In this document: in pieces, positions 30,387-43,652 of the stretch
Numbering within the stretch: position 1 is the stretch's first letter
Layout of the letters: every line of letters begins with the position of its first letter
NCBI GenBank assembly: GCA_963706025.1
Contig: CAVPLM010000005.1
Coordinates: 608,001-672,000, forward strand
Reading direction: 5' to 3'
Origin: an uncultured Actinomycetes bacterium
GTDB lineage: Bacteria > Actinomycetota > Thermoleophilia > RBG-16-64-13
Length of the DNA stretch: 64,000 bases
Notes under the pieces: generated by a model
The model's database searches: none
Told to the model about the DNA's origin: nothing
The model's input: the letters and a program-made list of their open reading frames with translations, nothing else
Position numbers and translations under genes: made by a program

Positions 30387-32061
30387 GATCCTACCTCCCC
30401 CGCGCTCGACTGGACGATCGGACCGCCGGTGACGGGGTCCCGATGTATGCTGATGTGCCGCCGCCAGTGGTCGTCATCCCGTTCGGGATAATCGGACCGC
30501 AGATGAACGCCGCGACTCTCCTCGCGAACCGCGGCAGACTCGACAATGTGCTCGGCCACGGTCAGGAGATTGAGCAGTTCCAGTTCGGCCACCGTGAGAG
30601 CTGGAGGGGCGAGCAACTGCCGCACCGCCGCCAGACCGACCCGCACGCGCTCCAAGCCGGCCCGCTCGCGAACGATGCCACACCAGTCCGTCATCAGGCG
30701 GCCCACGGCCGTTCTCCCCTCGGCCACCACCGCAGGGTCGTTACCTTCTCTCATCTCCTGGGCCAGGTTCAACCGGATCTTCCGCACTGCCGGGTCGGCC
30801 ACGGCCAGATAGCGCTCCAGGTCGCGGACCGTCCGCTCCCCAAAGACCAGACCTTCAAGTAGGGAGTTGGAAGCCAAACGATTGGCGCCGTGGATGCCCG
30901 TGTTGGCCGTCTCGCCGCAGGCATAGAGCCCCGGGATCGTCGTCCGGCCCCAGGTATCCGTCAGCACACCCCCGATGAAGTAGTGAGATGCGGGCGCGAC
31001 CGGGATGAGTTGGGTGCAGAGATCGAAGCCTCTCTTCTCCAGCCCTGTGTACACCGTGGGGAACCGCTCACGCAAGAAGTCGCACTCCAGGTGACGGGCG
31101 TCCAGCCACACATGGTCGGTGCCGTCCCGCTCGAACACCCGCTTTATATGGCGTACCACCACGTCCCTGGGAGCCAGCTCCGCCCGAGGGTGCGATCCGA
31201 CCATGAACCTCTCCCCTCCGTCATCCCGCAAGTAGGCACCCTCCCCCCGGAGAGCCTCGGTGACCAGAAGGGTAGGATTCTCGGTCCCGTAGAAGGCGGT
31301 GGGATGGAACTGCATGAACTCCATGTCCCTCATGACCGCGCCGGCCCGATAGGCCATCGCGTGCCCGTCGCCGGTCGCCACGGCGGGGTTGGTGGTGCGC
31401 GCGAAGACCTGGCCGGCTCCCCCACACGCCAGCACGACCGCGCGGGCCAGGCTGACCGTCAGTCCGCCTTCCCGATCCAAAGAGATCGCTCCCACACAGC
31501 GGCCTGCGTCCATGAGCAGGTCGATGACGAACTCGTTCTCGTGCAGCTGCACCCGAGTGCCCGAACTCATCGCATCGGCCAACGCGCCGGCCACCACGCT
31601 ACCGGTGGCATCCCCCCCCGCGTGCACGACCCGGGGGACCGAGTGCGCCCCTTCCGAGCCGAGGATGAGCTTGCCATCACGCCGGTCGAACTTCGTCCCC
31701 ATCCGCTCCAGGTCCCGCACGCGAGCAGGGCCTTCTTCCACGAGCACGCGCACGGCTTCATCGTCACAAAGCCCCACTCCGGCCTCGAGGGTGTCTTTAA
31801 GGTGCAGCTCCGGGGAGTCATAGGGACCAAGCGCCGCCGCGATGCCTCCCTGAGCAAGGAAGGTGGTGGTCTGATCCAGAGTGCCCTTGGTGATGAGGCC
31901 GACGTTCCACCTGCGGGCGGCGCCCACCGCCGCCGTAAGTCCGGCGATGCCGCCCCCGATCACCAGCACGTCGTAGCTGGAAAAGCGGACATCGGCTCCC
32001 CCTTGCGATACCAAGGGAGCCAAGGGGTCGGGCAAACCCGGCTGCGAACGGCCGGGCTCCG

Positions 32062-32065
<4 letters not shown>
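30383..32065 (-). CDS. nadB: L-aspartate oxidase
   Basis: GGGIAGL, AQGGIAA, QFHPT, TEALRGEG, HGANRLASNSL and ESRGVH; GTG start overlaps the nadA stop. Confidence 0.96.
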
Positions 32066-32976
<911 letters not shown>

Positions 32977-33519
32977 GGGTGAACTCCTGCTCCTTCCCGG
33001 AATCGCCTCGTTTGGACCGGCCGGGAGACGCCTGACCACCTGGTCTCGCACGAGGGTCAGAGCTTTCACCACCGTCCTCCCACTCGGAAGGACCAACTCC
33101 GGGGCAAGCTCGGCTAGGGGCTCGAGCACGAAGCGACGCTCCTCCATGCGCGGATGGGGGATCTCCAGATCGGCCTCCTGCAACGAGACCCCATGGTACC
33201 AAAGGATGTCGATATCGACGGTCCGAGGACCCCATCTGACCACACGCTCCCTGCCCAACTCGCTCTCGATCAGCCGAAGGGCGGAGAGAAGATCGCGGGG
33301 GGACAACGTCGTCTGTAGGCCGACCACCTGGTTGAGAAAGTCGCCCTGATCGGGGCCACCCACGGGGGCGGTCACGTAGAGAGCCGATTCTGCCGACACG
33401 CTGGTGCCGGGCAGGGCGGCCAGACGACCCCGGGCCAGCCGAAGCAAGGTCTCCCTGTCTCCCTGGTTGGAGCCCAGCCCCAGATAGACGCGGGCTGGGG
33501 CGCCCCCCGCGGCGCCCAG
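32977..33519 (-). CDS. folK: 2-amino-4-hydroxy-6-hydroxymethyldihydropteridine diphosphokinase; no canonical start and no stop before nadA
   Basis: VYLGLGSNQGDR, FLNQV, RWGPRTVDIDIL and IPHPRMEERRFVLEPL; in frame with both folB and nadA. Confidence 0.92.
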
Positions 33520-33522
33520 CCC

Positions 33523-33903
33523 TCAGCCCTCGAGATCGGCGCGCTGCAGTTCCACGGCAGCGGCCACACTGGCCAGCGCACAGGCCACCGGCGGATGAGG
33601 CTTGGTCACCTGCACCCACACCTCATCGACGGGGAATCTCCGCAGGATGCTCTCGGCCGTCGCCCGGGCCAGACGTTCGAGGAGGGAGAAGCTCTGCGTG
33701 GTCGCCACTTCCACCACGACGTCGAGGACTTCCGTGTAGTCGACGGTATCGACCACGTCGTCGGTCTCGGCCGCGTCGCATTCGTCCATGGTCAGACGCA
33801 CGTCGAAAAGCAGGCGCTGCCCAAGCACCCTCTCTTCAGACGTTACCCCATGGTGGCCGTACACCTCCAGCCCTTGTATGAAGATATCCACCGTAGCCCC
33901 CAT
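33523..33903 (-). CDS. folB: Dihydroneopterin aldolase
   Basis: YGHHGV..EER..GQ, DTVDY, LLERLA and KPHPP. Confidence 0.96.
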   Translation of the reverse strand: MGATVDIFIQGLEVYGHHGVTSEERVLGQRLLFDVRLTMDECDAAETDDVVDTVDYTEVLDVVVEVATTQSFSLLERLARATAESILRRFPVDEVWVQVTKPHPPVACALASVAAAVELQRADLEG

Positions 33904-33918
33904 TCCTGATCTGGCCGG

Positions 33919-35133
33919 CTAGCGCCTCCGCGGGCCGAAGACCGCCCGGGCGACGCTCAGGGCATCGCGATTGAGACCTACCCGATGCGCCCGCACAATA
34001 TGCGCGCCGGCTGCCGCCACTATCACGGTCGTGGCGGCGGTGCCCTCGTCCCGAGCCTGCGGCTCCTGGGTCCCAAGGATCTCGCCAAGGAATCTCTTGC
34101 GCGACGTCCCCACGACGATCGGTCGCCCCAGGGAACGGAAGGCTGCCAGATCCCGAAGTATCTCCAGATTGTGAACGGTCGTCTTGCCGAACCCGATACC
34201 CGGGTCTATGAGCAGGTTCTCCTCTTTCAACCCGTTGTCGACAGCCCAGTTGAGCCGCTCCACGAAGAACTCGTACACGTCTCGGACCACGTCGACATAG
34301 GTGGGCGCTTCCTGCATGGTCTTCGGTTCTCCGAGCATATGCATGAGAATCACAGGGCAGTCGGCATCCCGTACGACTGCCACCATCTCGGCGTCCATCC
34401 GTAGAGCGGAGATATCATTGATCATGTAAGCGCCCGCGGCCAGCGCGTCAGCCGCCACCGCGGCCTTGTACGTGTCGACGGAGATCTGCCCCGGCAGGGC
34501 CGCAGCCAAGGCCCTTACGACCGGTAGCACCCGTTCCCGCTCCACCCGCACCGAGAGCGCGTCCGCCCCCGGCCGGGTCGACTCGCCCCCTACGTCCACC
34601 AGCGCCGCCCCTTCGCGGGCCATGTCCAGGCCGGCACGCACCGCTGCTTCCGGGTCGGAGAGAAGGCCTCCGTCGGAGAACGAATCGGGGGTGACGTTGA
34701 CCACTCCCATCACCAGCGGAGCGTCGGACAGGTCGAGACCCGGATGACACGCCGGAACTGGGTTGTCGTGATTACGGAGGGCTGCCTCGATCGAACGGGA
34801 GAGGCGGCGCAGCCCAAACGGCTGGACCTGGAGTTTGGGAAGGAGCCGGTCGAACTGGGCGAGGGTGCCCATCACCAGGCAATCGGCTTCGTCGCCGCGC
34901 GTCTCGTACACGTCCCGGGAAACAGCTACCTCCCCGCCCCGAGACAGCATCTCCTGCTTCAGGATGCTGGCGGCGCGGACATCGAGCCCCGTCACCCGCA
35001 GCACGCGGAAAAGGGCCTTCTTGTCCATGATGTCGACGCCCGCCGGAGAGACCCGGGCTTGGGCCATGGCGGCCCTGATCTCCGCCAGGTCGCGGAGTGC
35101 CAGGACCTGGGGACGACCTTCGTCCGGGATCAT
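33919..35133 (-). CDS. folP: Dihydropteroate synthase with N-terminal extension
   Basis: MGVVNVTPDSFSDGG, GGESTRPG, DPGIGFGK and SRKRF. Confidence 0.97.
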   Translation of the reverse strand: MIPDEGRPQVLALRDLAEIRAAMAQARVSPAGVDIMDKKALFRVLRVTGLDVRAASILKQEMLSRGGEVAVSRDVYETRGDEADCLVMGTLAQFDRLLPKLQVQPFGLRRLSRSIEAALRNHDNPVPACHPGLDLSDAPLVMGVVNVTPDSFSDGGLLSDPEAAVRAGLDMAREGAALVDVGGESTRPGADALSVRVERERVLPVVRALAAALPGQISVDTYKAAVAADALAAGAYMINDISALRMDAEMVAVVRDADCPVILMHMLGEPKTMQEAPTYVDVVRDVYEFFVERLNWAVDNGLKEENLLIDPGIGFGKTTVHNLEILRDLAAFRSLGRPIVVGTSRKRFLGEILGTQEPQARDEGTAATTVIVAAAGAHIVRAHRVGLNRDALSVARAVFGPRRR

Positions 35134-35150
35134 CGCGTCCGGCTCCCGGG

Positions 35151-35720
35151 TCAGCCTGGGGGAGCCTCTATAAGGGCCAAGACCTCAGCTCGGGTGGCAG
35201 CGTTGGTCCGGAAGACGCCACGCACCGCAGACGTGACCACCCGCGATCCGGGCGCCCGCACACCCCGCATGGACATGCATAGGTGCTCGGCTTGGATCAG
35301 CACCAGAACCCCTGCGGGGTCGAGAGAAGTCACCAGCGTGTCGGCTATCGTGCTCGTCAACCGCTCCTGCAGTTGCAGCCGCGCAGCCGCGGTACGCACC
35401 AGCCGTACCACCTTGGACAACCCGGTGATCTTGCCGTGCTTCGAAGGGATATAGGCCACGTGGGCCACGCCGAAGAAAGGCAACAGGTGATGCTCGCACA
35501 GTGAGTGAAACGTGATATTCCGGACGAGGACCATCTCCTGGTGGGTGTCGGAACCGATGGCCACCACGATGGAGGAGAGGTCTGCGGACTCTGTGGCGAT
35601 GACGTCTTCATACATCTCCGCCACCCGCCGAGGGGTGTCCACCAGACCCTCGCGTTCGGGGTCCTCCCCGATACCCTCGAGCAGAAGGCGGATACCCTTC
35701 TCGATCTTGGCTCTATCCAC
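35151..35720 (-). CDS. folE: GTP cyclohydrolase I
   Basis: SLCEHHLLPF, GLSK, QLQERLT and HLCMSMRG. Confidence 0.97.
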   Translation of the reverse strand: MDRAKIEKGIRLLLEGIGEDPEREGLVDTPRRVAEMYEDVIATESADLSSIVVAIGSDTHQEMVLVRNITFHSLCEHHLLPFFGVAHVAYIPSKHGKITGLSKVVRLVRTAAARLQLQERLTSTIADTLVTSLDPAGVLVLIQAEHLCMSMRGVRAPGSRVVTSAVRGVFRTNAATRAEVLALIEAPPG

Positions 35721-35747
35721 GGAGTGGCCTGGGCACGCTCTTCCCGT

Positions 35748-37715
<1,968 letters not shown>

Positions 37716-37766
37716 CTGGACTCCACCAATCGTTGTATCAGGGCCAGAGATACTACCACAAGGGCG

Positions 37767-38282
37767 CTAGTCCAAGTCGTCGATCACACCGATGTAGGGC
37801 AGATTGCGGTACTTCTCGGCATAGTCCAGCCCATATCCCACCACGAACTCGTTCGGGATCTCGAAGCCTGTGTAGCGACACTGAAGCTCCGCCGTCCGGC
37901 GACTGGGCTTGCTGAGCAGGGTGACGATCTCGATGGAGGCCGGGTTGCGAGAGCCCAGGTTGTTGGTAAGGTACTGGAGGGTCAGACCGGAGTCGATGAT
38001 GTCCTCCACTATGAGGACGTGCCGGCCCTCGATGTCGACATCAAGGTCTTTGAGGATCCTCACGACCCCCGAGCTATCGGTCGACTGCCCATAGCTCGAC
38101 ACGGCCATGAACTCGACCTCAAGCTCAAAGGGCAGCCGTCGGGCCAGGTCGGCCATGAAGAAGATGGCTCCCTTGAGGACGCAGACCAGAATAGGGTATT
38201 TGCCTTCGTAATCAGCCCTGATGGCGGCGGCCAGGTCGTCGACCTTGGCCTGCAATTCCTCCCTGGATATGAGGACTCTCAC
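37767..38282 (-). CDS. hpt: Hypoxanthine phosphoribosyltransferase
   Basis: VLKGA, VEDIIDSGLT and FVVGYGLDY. Confidence 0.97.
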   Translation of the reverse strand: MRVLISREELQAKVDDLAAAIRADYEGKYPILVCVLKGAIFFMADLARRLPFELEVEFMAVSSYGQSTDSSGVVRILKDLDVDIEGRHVLIVEDIIDSGLTLQYLTNNLGSRNPASIEIVTLLSKPSRRTAELQCRYTGFEIPNEFVVGYGLDYAEKYRNLPYIGVIDDLD

Positions 38283-38288
38283 TGCCCT

Positions 38289-39728
38289 CTAGCCCTCTCC
38301 TTTGTCTGCCTCCGGCGATCCGGCGCCGTCCGGACGCGGACTCAAGCTCAACCGCACGATGGTGGTGGTATCGCGCCCTATTCTACCCTCCTCGACGACC
38401 ACCAATCCACACACCCACACGATGCTGTCGCCACAGACCACCAGCGGCGTGCGAGCCCGCGCACCGGCCGGCACCCGGAGGTCGACGAACAAGTCCTGGA
38501 GCTTGCGTGTCCCCGGCGCGCCAAGTGGCCGCAGCCGGTCCCCCGGCTGCGGCGCCCGAACCACCAGCGGACCTGCGAGCAGGCGGGCATCGACATAGGC
38601 CTCGAGTGCGGGATCGGGGGCGAAGAAACGCTCCACACGCTCGGCCCGGATGTGCGCTCCTTCCCATTCCACCTCACCAGGCACGGGCAGCGACATCGGG
38701 CCAGGCACCGGCGGTAGCATCTGGACGCCCCGCTCGAGCCGGATGAGGTCGTACTCCTTGCAGGCGCGCCAGCCGCCGCCGAGCGCGCGTTCCGCCGACC
38801 CCGGCACCGCGAGCAACGCCTCGACGGCCAGCACCGCCGCGCGCGACGCGATGGCCGTCGTCCGCCCCTCGAGCCACTGATGCAACAGCAACCTGCGCAC
38901 CGCCGGAGAGAGCTGCGACAATCTGGATGCGCTCAGTCCCGCGGCGTGGGCCGCGTCCGGGTGACCGACATGGGCACCGGCCTCTGCCAGCACGCCCTTC
39001 ACCAATCCTTCCATCTCAGCGGCCACTTCCGCCGCCCGGGCGGCTGCATCCACCGCACCTGGCAACACGGCTTCCCAAGCGGGGAGAACCTGCTCTCGGA
39101 TGCCGGTCCGCGCGTAGCCCGGGTACGCGTTGCCCCGATCTTCGGCGAACTCGACTCCATGTTCCCGGCAATATGCCGCGGTCTCTTCCCGCCGGCAGCC
39201 CAGCAATGGCCGGACCCACGGCGGGTCACACGGCGTCATGCTCCGGAAGGCCGCCAGACCCCCATAGCGCCCCAGCCGGTAGAGCATGGTCTCCACCTGG
39301 TCGTCCGCGGTATGCCCCAGAGCGATCCTCGTGCAATCCCATTCCCGGGCTGCCTGAAGCGCGGCCTCCTGCCGGGCGGCGCGCGCCGACTCCTGGACGC
39401 TGCCCGCCGCCTTGTCTATGGGCCGATGCGCTACGTCGAGCTCCACCCCCAGTCGGGCACACGTGCGTACCACCAGCGCCTCATCTGCCTGGCTCTCCTC
39501 GCCTCGGAGATGATGATTCACGTGCAGCGCGTATACGGATGCGGGGCCCGCCCGGCCGGCCGATCTGCCGGCCAGCAGATGAAGCAGAGCCAGGGAATCC
39601 TGACCCCCGGACACCATGATCAAGGCGCGGGAACCCGGAGGGAACATACCCTCACGGGACATCAACGCCCGCGCTTTGCGGGCTAGGGATGGTCGCGCTT
39701 GCCTACCCGGCGCCGCCCCCTTCGTCAC
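38289..39728 (-). CDS. tilS: tRNA(Ile)-lysidine synthetase
   Basis: SGGQDS, HVNHHLRG, GHTADDQVET, RPLL and C-terminal KLQDLF. Confidence 0.95.
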   Translation of the reverse strand: MTKGAAPGRQARPSLARKARALMSREGMFPPGSRALIMVSGGQDSLALLHLLAGRSAGRAGPASVYALHVNHHLRGEESQADEALVVRTCARLGVELDVAHRPIDKAAGSVQESARAARQEAALQAAREWDCTRIALGHTADDQVETMLYRLGRYGGLAAFRSMTPCDPPWVRPLLGCRREETAAYCREHGVEFAEDRGNAYPGYARTGIREQVLPAWEAVLPGAVDAAARAAEVAAEMEGLVKGVLAEAGAHVGHPDAAHAAGLSASRLSQLSPAVRRLLLHQWLEGRTTAIASRAAVLAVEALLAVPGSAERALGGGWRACKEYDLIRLERGVQMLPPVPGPMSLPVPGEVEWEGAHIRAERVERFFAPDPALEAYVDARLLAGPLVVRAPQPGDRLRPLGAPGTRKLQDLFVDLRVPAGARARTPLVVCGDSIVWVCGLVVVEEGRIGRDTTTIVRLSLSPRPDGAGSPEADKGEG

Positions 39729-39822
39729 GAGTTCTCACCCTCCCTGGTTTCGTCAGTTGGGGCTGGTATTGTACTACCACTCTCAAAGCACTCCGGAGCA
39801 CGAGCGGGGCAGGAGACGGGCT

Positions 39823-41119
39823 CTGACCAACGCGGTTGGCATATCTGGTACGCACGGACGGCTTCTGATCGTCCACGGACACGAGTTGTCCTCGTACAAC
39901 TTCAGCGATGAACACCCGCTGCAGCCGACCCGGTATGAGCTCACGATGTCCTTGCTCTCCAGTCTGGGATGGCTTGACAGAAGCGATCTCGACGTCGAAG
40001 CTCCGCGGCCCGCCCTCACGGAGGAGTTGCTCACCGTGCACTCGTACCCCTACGTGCAGGCGGTCGCTCACGCGCAGGCGATAGCCCAAGGGATGACCCA
40101 GCCCATCGATCTGAGCCTCTACGGGCTGGGGACAGCGGACAACCCGCTTTTCCCCGCCATTCATGATGCTTCTGCCCTGTACACAGGCGCGACGATACAG
40201 GCCATGAACGCCCTCATGGAGGGGCGAGCGGTCCATGCTTATGCTCCCGCCGGCGGCCAGCACCACGCCATGAGGGCTCGAGCGTCGGGGTTCTGCGTCT
40301 ACAACGATTGTGCGGTCGCCATCACGGCGGCGGTGGCGGCCGGCTACCGGGTCGCGTATGTCGATCTCGACGCCCATCACGGGGACGGGGTACAGGCCGC
40401 CTTCTACAGCGATCCCGCGCGTTCTCACGATCTCGATCCACGAATCTGGACGCTATCTATTCCCTGGGACCGGGGGCGTGGACGAGATGGGCGCCGGCGA
40501 AGGGGCAGGCGCCTCGATCAACGTACCCCTGCCGCCCATGGCGGGCGACGACGCCATCCTTCTCGCGATGGAACGTATAGTCGTCCCAGCAGTGCGCTCT
40601 TTCGCTCCCGATATCATGGTGGCGCAGACGGGGTGTGACACCCATCATAGGGATCCTCTTACCCACCTCACCGCCACCCTCCCTCTCTACCCCAGACTGG
40701 CCGAGCACCTCCACGATCTGGCCCACGAGTGCTGTTCCGGGCGCTGGCTCATCGTCGGCGGGGGCGGATACGACCCGGTCGACGTGACACCACGCGCTTG
40801 GACCGCGTTCTTCGGCACGGTCCTGGGCCAGGAGACCGCCGACGTCGAGTTGCCGCAAGATTGGATCCGGGCCTCCAGGCAACTCGGGGGCGACCCCCCA
40901 AGCCGCCTCCTTGATGATCCCGGTCCGGTCTGCGATCCCCTGCCCGCCGGAACCATCACCCAACTGCTCACGGATATCGAAGACACGGCCCTGGCCGAGC
41001 TCCGGCGGCAGCACGGACGCGATCGACCACGTCGGCGGGCGTCTCTTCGTCACCACCTTGCACTCCACCGCCGGCTTTGCTTATATTGGCACGCCCGAAC
41101 ATCCCAAAGGAGGAGAACC
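39823..41119 (+). CDS. acuC: AcuC/histone-deacetylase family protein, frameshift near 40418; probable CTG start; true end uncertain
   Basis: HPLQPTR, GGQHHA, SGFCVYND, DLDAHHGDG, then SIHE...FPGTG, GCDTHHRDPL and GGGGY in the next frame. Confidence 0.88.
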
Positions 41120-41308
41120 ATGGGTGTCCCCAAAGTCGATCCCGATCTTTGCACCGGCTGCGGTATCTGTGAGGATATCTGCCCCGATGTGTTCGAGATC
41201 GGCGATGACGGCCTGTCTCACGTGATCGACCCGAACGCATGCGAAGACTCAAGCTGCTGCGAAGAAGCGGTCGACGAGTGCCCGGAGGGCGCCATCAACA
41301 TCGAGTGA
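41120..41308 (+). CDS. Single-cluster ferredoxin
   Basis: CTGCGIC...CP and CPEGAI; strong AAAGGAGGAG RBS. Confidence 0.92.
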   Translation: MGVPKVDPDLCTGCGICEDICPDVFEIGDDGLSHVIDPNACEDSSCCEEAVDECPEGAINIE

Positions 41309-41357
41309 ACCCACCGCGGTCTTTTCGCGGAGCAATACCTGACTACAGCATTCCGTT

Positions 41358-41398
41358 CATGAAAAAGCCGCCCCTCCCGGAGGAGCGGCTTTTTCATG
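41358..41398. terminator. Bidirectional intrinsic terminator
   Basis: CATGAAAAAGCCGC-loop-GCGGCTTTTTCATG, with T tracts on both strands. Confidence 0.85.
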
Positions 41399-41418
41399 CT
41401 TCCAAAGGGAGGTCTGCC

Positions 41419-41989
41419 ATGGCCCCTGTTCGACCATGAACGCGTCCCCCCGGGGCAACGCCTCGTGTCCGACTTCCCTGTGCTCCATGCCGGTTCGATA
41501 ATGCGCGTCCAGCGAGACGCCTGGCGTTTGACCATCGACGGGCTCGTCGATCCCTCCCTCACGCTGGATTGGGACGCTCTACTTGCTCTGCCGGCGACCG
41601 AGCAGACCTGCGACATCCATTGCGTGACGGGCTGGACCAAGCTCGACACCCGATGGAAGGGCGTGCGGGTGTCCAGACTGTTCGAGGACCTCGTTCTGTC
41701 CCCCGAGGCCCAGCACGCGGTCGTTCGCGCTTATGGCGGCTGGACGACCAACCTCCCCCTGGAGGAGCTGTTGCGGGACGACGTGCTTCTCGCCTACGAA
41801 TACGAGGGCCAGCCTATCCCCGCCGAGCACGGGGGGCCTGTGCGGCTTATCGTGCCCCGCCTCTACTTCTGGAAGAGCGCCAAGTGGCTCGAGGGGATCG
41901 AGGTGACCGCGGACGAGCGCTTGGGCTACTGGGAACGCCTCGGCTACCACCGCCTCGGCGACCCCTGGCTGGAGCAGCGCTACTCGTAG
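41419..41989 (+). CDS. Sulfite-oxidase-like molybdopterin oxidoreductase; apparent 1-nt insertion just after the ATG
   Basis: RVPPGQ, DIHCVTGW, EHGGPVRL, YFWKSAKW and GYWE; GGAGG then ATG at 41419. Confidence 0.9.
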
Positions 41990-42089
41990 CGATCATCGGC
42001 GGCCGGGCCGCCGGCCGACAGTGCCCCAGTGCCGGGACCGGCCGCGGCCTGCGGCGGTGCCCGGCCGCTTCCCGTCCCCCGCAGGATAC

Positions 42090-43622
42090 ATGCCCTTTCT
42101 GTCGAACGGTTTTGCCCGAGGAGAAAGGAGCAAGAACATCGAGTTTCCCGGCTTGATCCGACTCGGACTGGCTGTCTTCACAGCCGTCTTGCTGACGACA
42201 GCATGCGTGGTTTCCGTGTGGAGGACCGGCTCCGACCGTCACCTGCGAAAGGCGCGTTTTCTCTCGGAGATCGGGCTGGCCGCCCTTCTGCTTGCTCTAT
42301 GCGCACTGCTGGCCGTCCGACCCACACCGGAGCAGGGATCGTTCCCGTTGGGCCAGGTACTTCTGCTGGCAGCCGCTTTGGCGTCTTGCTCGATCTCCTT
42401 TTCCTTGCGGGCGCGAGGCTCGGTCGACGCCGAGCGGCCGCTCGATACCTCCACCGTCGACGCCCTCACTCATGTCGCCAGCCATAGGGCTTTCCAGGAT
42501 CGCCTGGTCCACGAGTGCGAGCGGGCCTATCGCTTCGGCGACACTTTCATGCTGCTCGTGCTCGACCTGGACGACTTCCACCCCATCAACAACCAGTACG
42601 GACACCGCACCGGAGACCGGATACTCCTCGAACTGGCGCGGCAGCTCCGGGGACAGCTGCGTGAGATCGACATGGTCGCTCGCTTCGGCGGCGACCAGTT
42701 CGCGATGATCCTGCCGCATACCTACGAGAAAGGCGGTACGGACGTCGCCGAACGCCTCCGGCAAAACGTCGCGAGTTGGGTCTTCCTCACCACCGGGGGA
42801 GTTGACATACACCTCACCGTCAGCCTAGGCCTTTGCGCCTATCCCCGGGACGGCGCCTCGGCGCCCGAATTGGTGGAAGCAGCCCAGAAAGCCCTGAAGT
42901 TCGCGAAAGCAATGGGCGGGAATCAGGTCCAGGCGTCTCGAGACCTTCCCAGCAAGGAAGCCCCCGACAACGTGGTATCCCTGTCTCGCTCCGGAAGGGG
43001 AGCCATCGTACGCAGTCTGGCCGCCGCGGTCGACCTGCGCGACGGCTACACGCGCGAGCATTCCCAGCTCGTCTCGGAGCTCTCGGTCGCCGTCGCGCAT
43101 CGTCTCGCCCTCCCCACGGAGGAAGTCGCTCGCATCAGCGAAGGTGCGCTTCTGCACGATGTGGGCAAGATCGGAATCTCCGATGCCATCTTGAGCAAGG
43201 CGGGTGGTCTCTCGTCAGAGGAGTGGAAGAGCATCCGCCGTCATCCGCTATTGGGCAGGAAGATAATCGTCGAACAGGTCCCCGAGTTGATGGACGTCGT
43301 TCCGTTGGTCCTACATCACCAGGAACACTACGATGGTTCGGGGTATCCGGAGCAGCTCGGGGGCGAGGACATCCCCTTGGGCGCGCGCATTATCGCGGCA
43401 GCGGATGCATATCACGCGATCCGGTCCGACCGTCCCTACCGCTCCGGTCGCACGCACGATGAGGCCACACGGGAGCTGCGGCGCTGCAGCGGAGGGCAGT
43501 TCGATCCCCGGGTAGTGGACGCTCTGGTGGCCGCGCTCGACGGCGATCCCGCACTGCAGGGGATGCTTCCGCTCGGGGCCCGGAGGCTGGCCACCGCCGG
43601 TCCTGCAGCCGCCCGCGCCTAG
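42090..43622 (+). CDS. Membrane protein with degenerate GGDEF domain and HD-GYP phosphodiesterase domain
   Basis: Three TM segments; REID...RFGGDQF; HDVGK, HHQEHYDGSGYP and ADAYHA. Confidence 0.9.
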   Translation: MPFLSNGFARGERSKNIEFPGLIRLGLAVFTAVLLTTACVVSVWRTGSDRHLRKARFLSEIGLAALLLALCALLAVRPTPEQGSFPLGQVLLLAAALASCSISFSLRARGSVDAERPLDTSTVDALTHVASHRAFQDRLVHECERAYRFGDTFMLLVLDLDDFHPINNQYGHRTGDRILLELARQLRGQLREIDMVARFGGDQFAMILPHTYEKGGTDVAERLRQNVASWVFLTTGGVDIHLTVSLGLCAYPRDGASAPELVEAAQKALKFAKAMGGNQVQASRDLPSKEAPDNVVSLSRSGRGAIVRSLAAAVDLRDGYTREHSQLVSELSVAVAHRLALPTEEVARISEGALLHDVGKIGISDAILSKAGGLSSEEWKSIRRHPLLGRKIIVEQVPELMDVVPLVLHHQEHYDGSGYPEQLGGEDIPLGARIIAAADAYHAIRSDRPYRSGRTHDEATRELRRCSGGQFDPRVVDALVAALDGDPALQGMLPLGARRLATAGPAAARA

Positions 43623-43652
43623 TCGAACCGGGGCCCTCACGGCGGGGAGCCG

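Noticed and set aside
33523-33525. Selenocysteine at the folB UGA
   Set aside because: The codon is at the natural FolB C-terminus, not at a catalytic Cys position; kept only as a readthrough or coupling hypothesis.
40310-41308. Deacetylase-ferredoxin fusion protein
   Set aside because: The ferredoxin has its own strong RBS and a promoter-like TTGCAC-N18-TATATT just upstream, and the linker is Arg-rich and non-protein-like; a lost stop from an indel is more likely.
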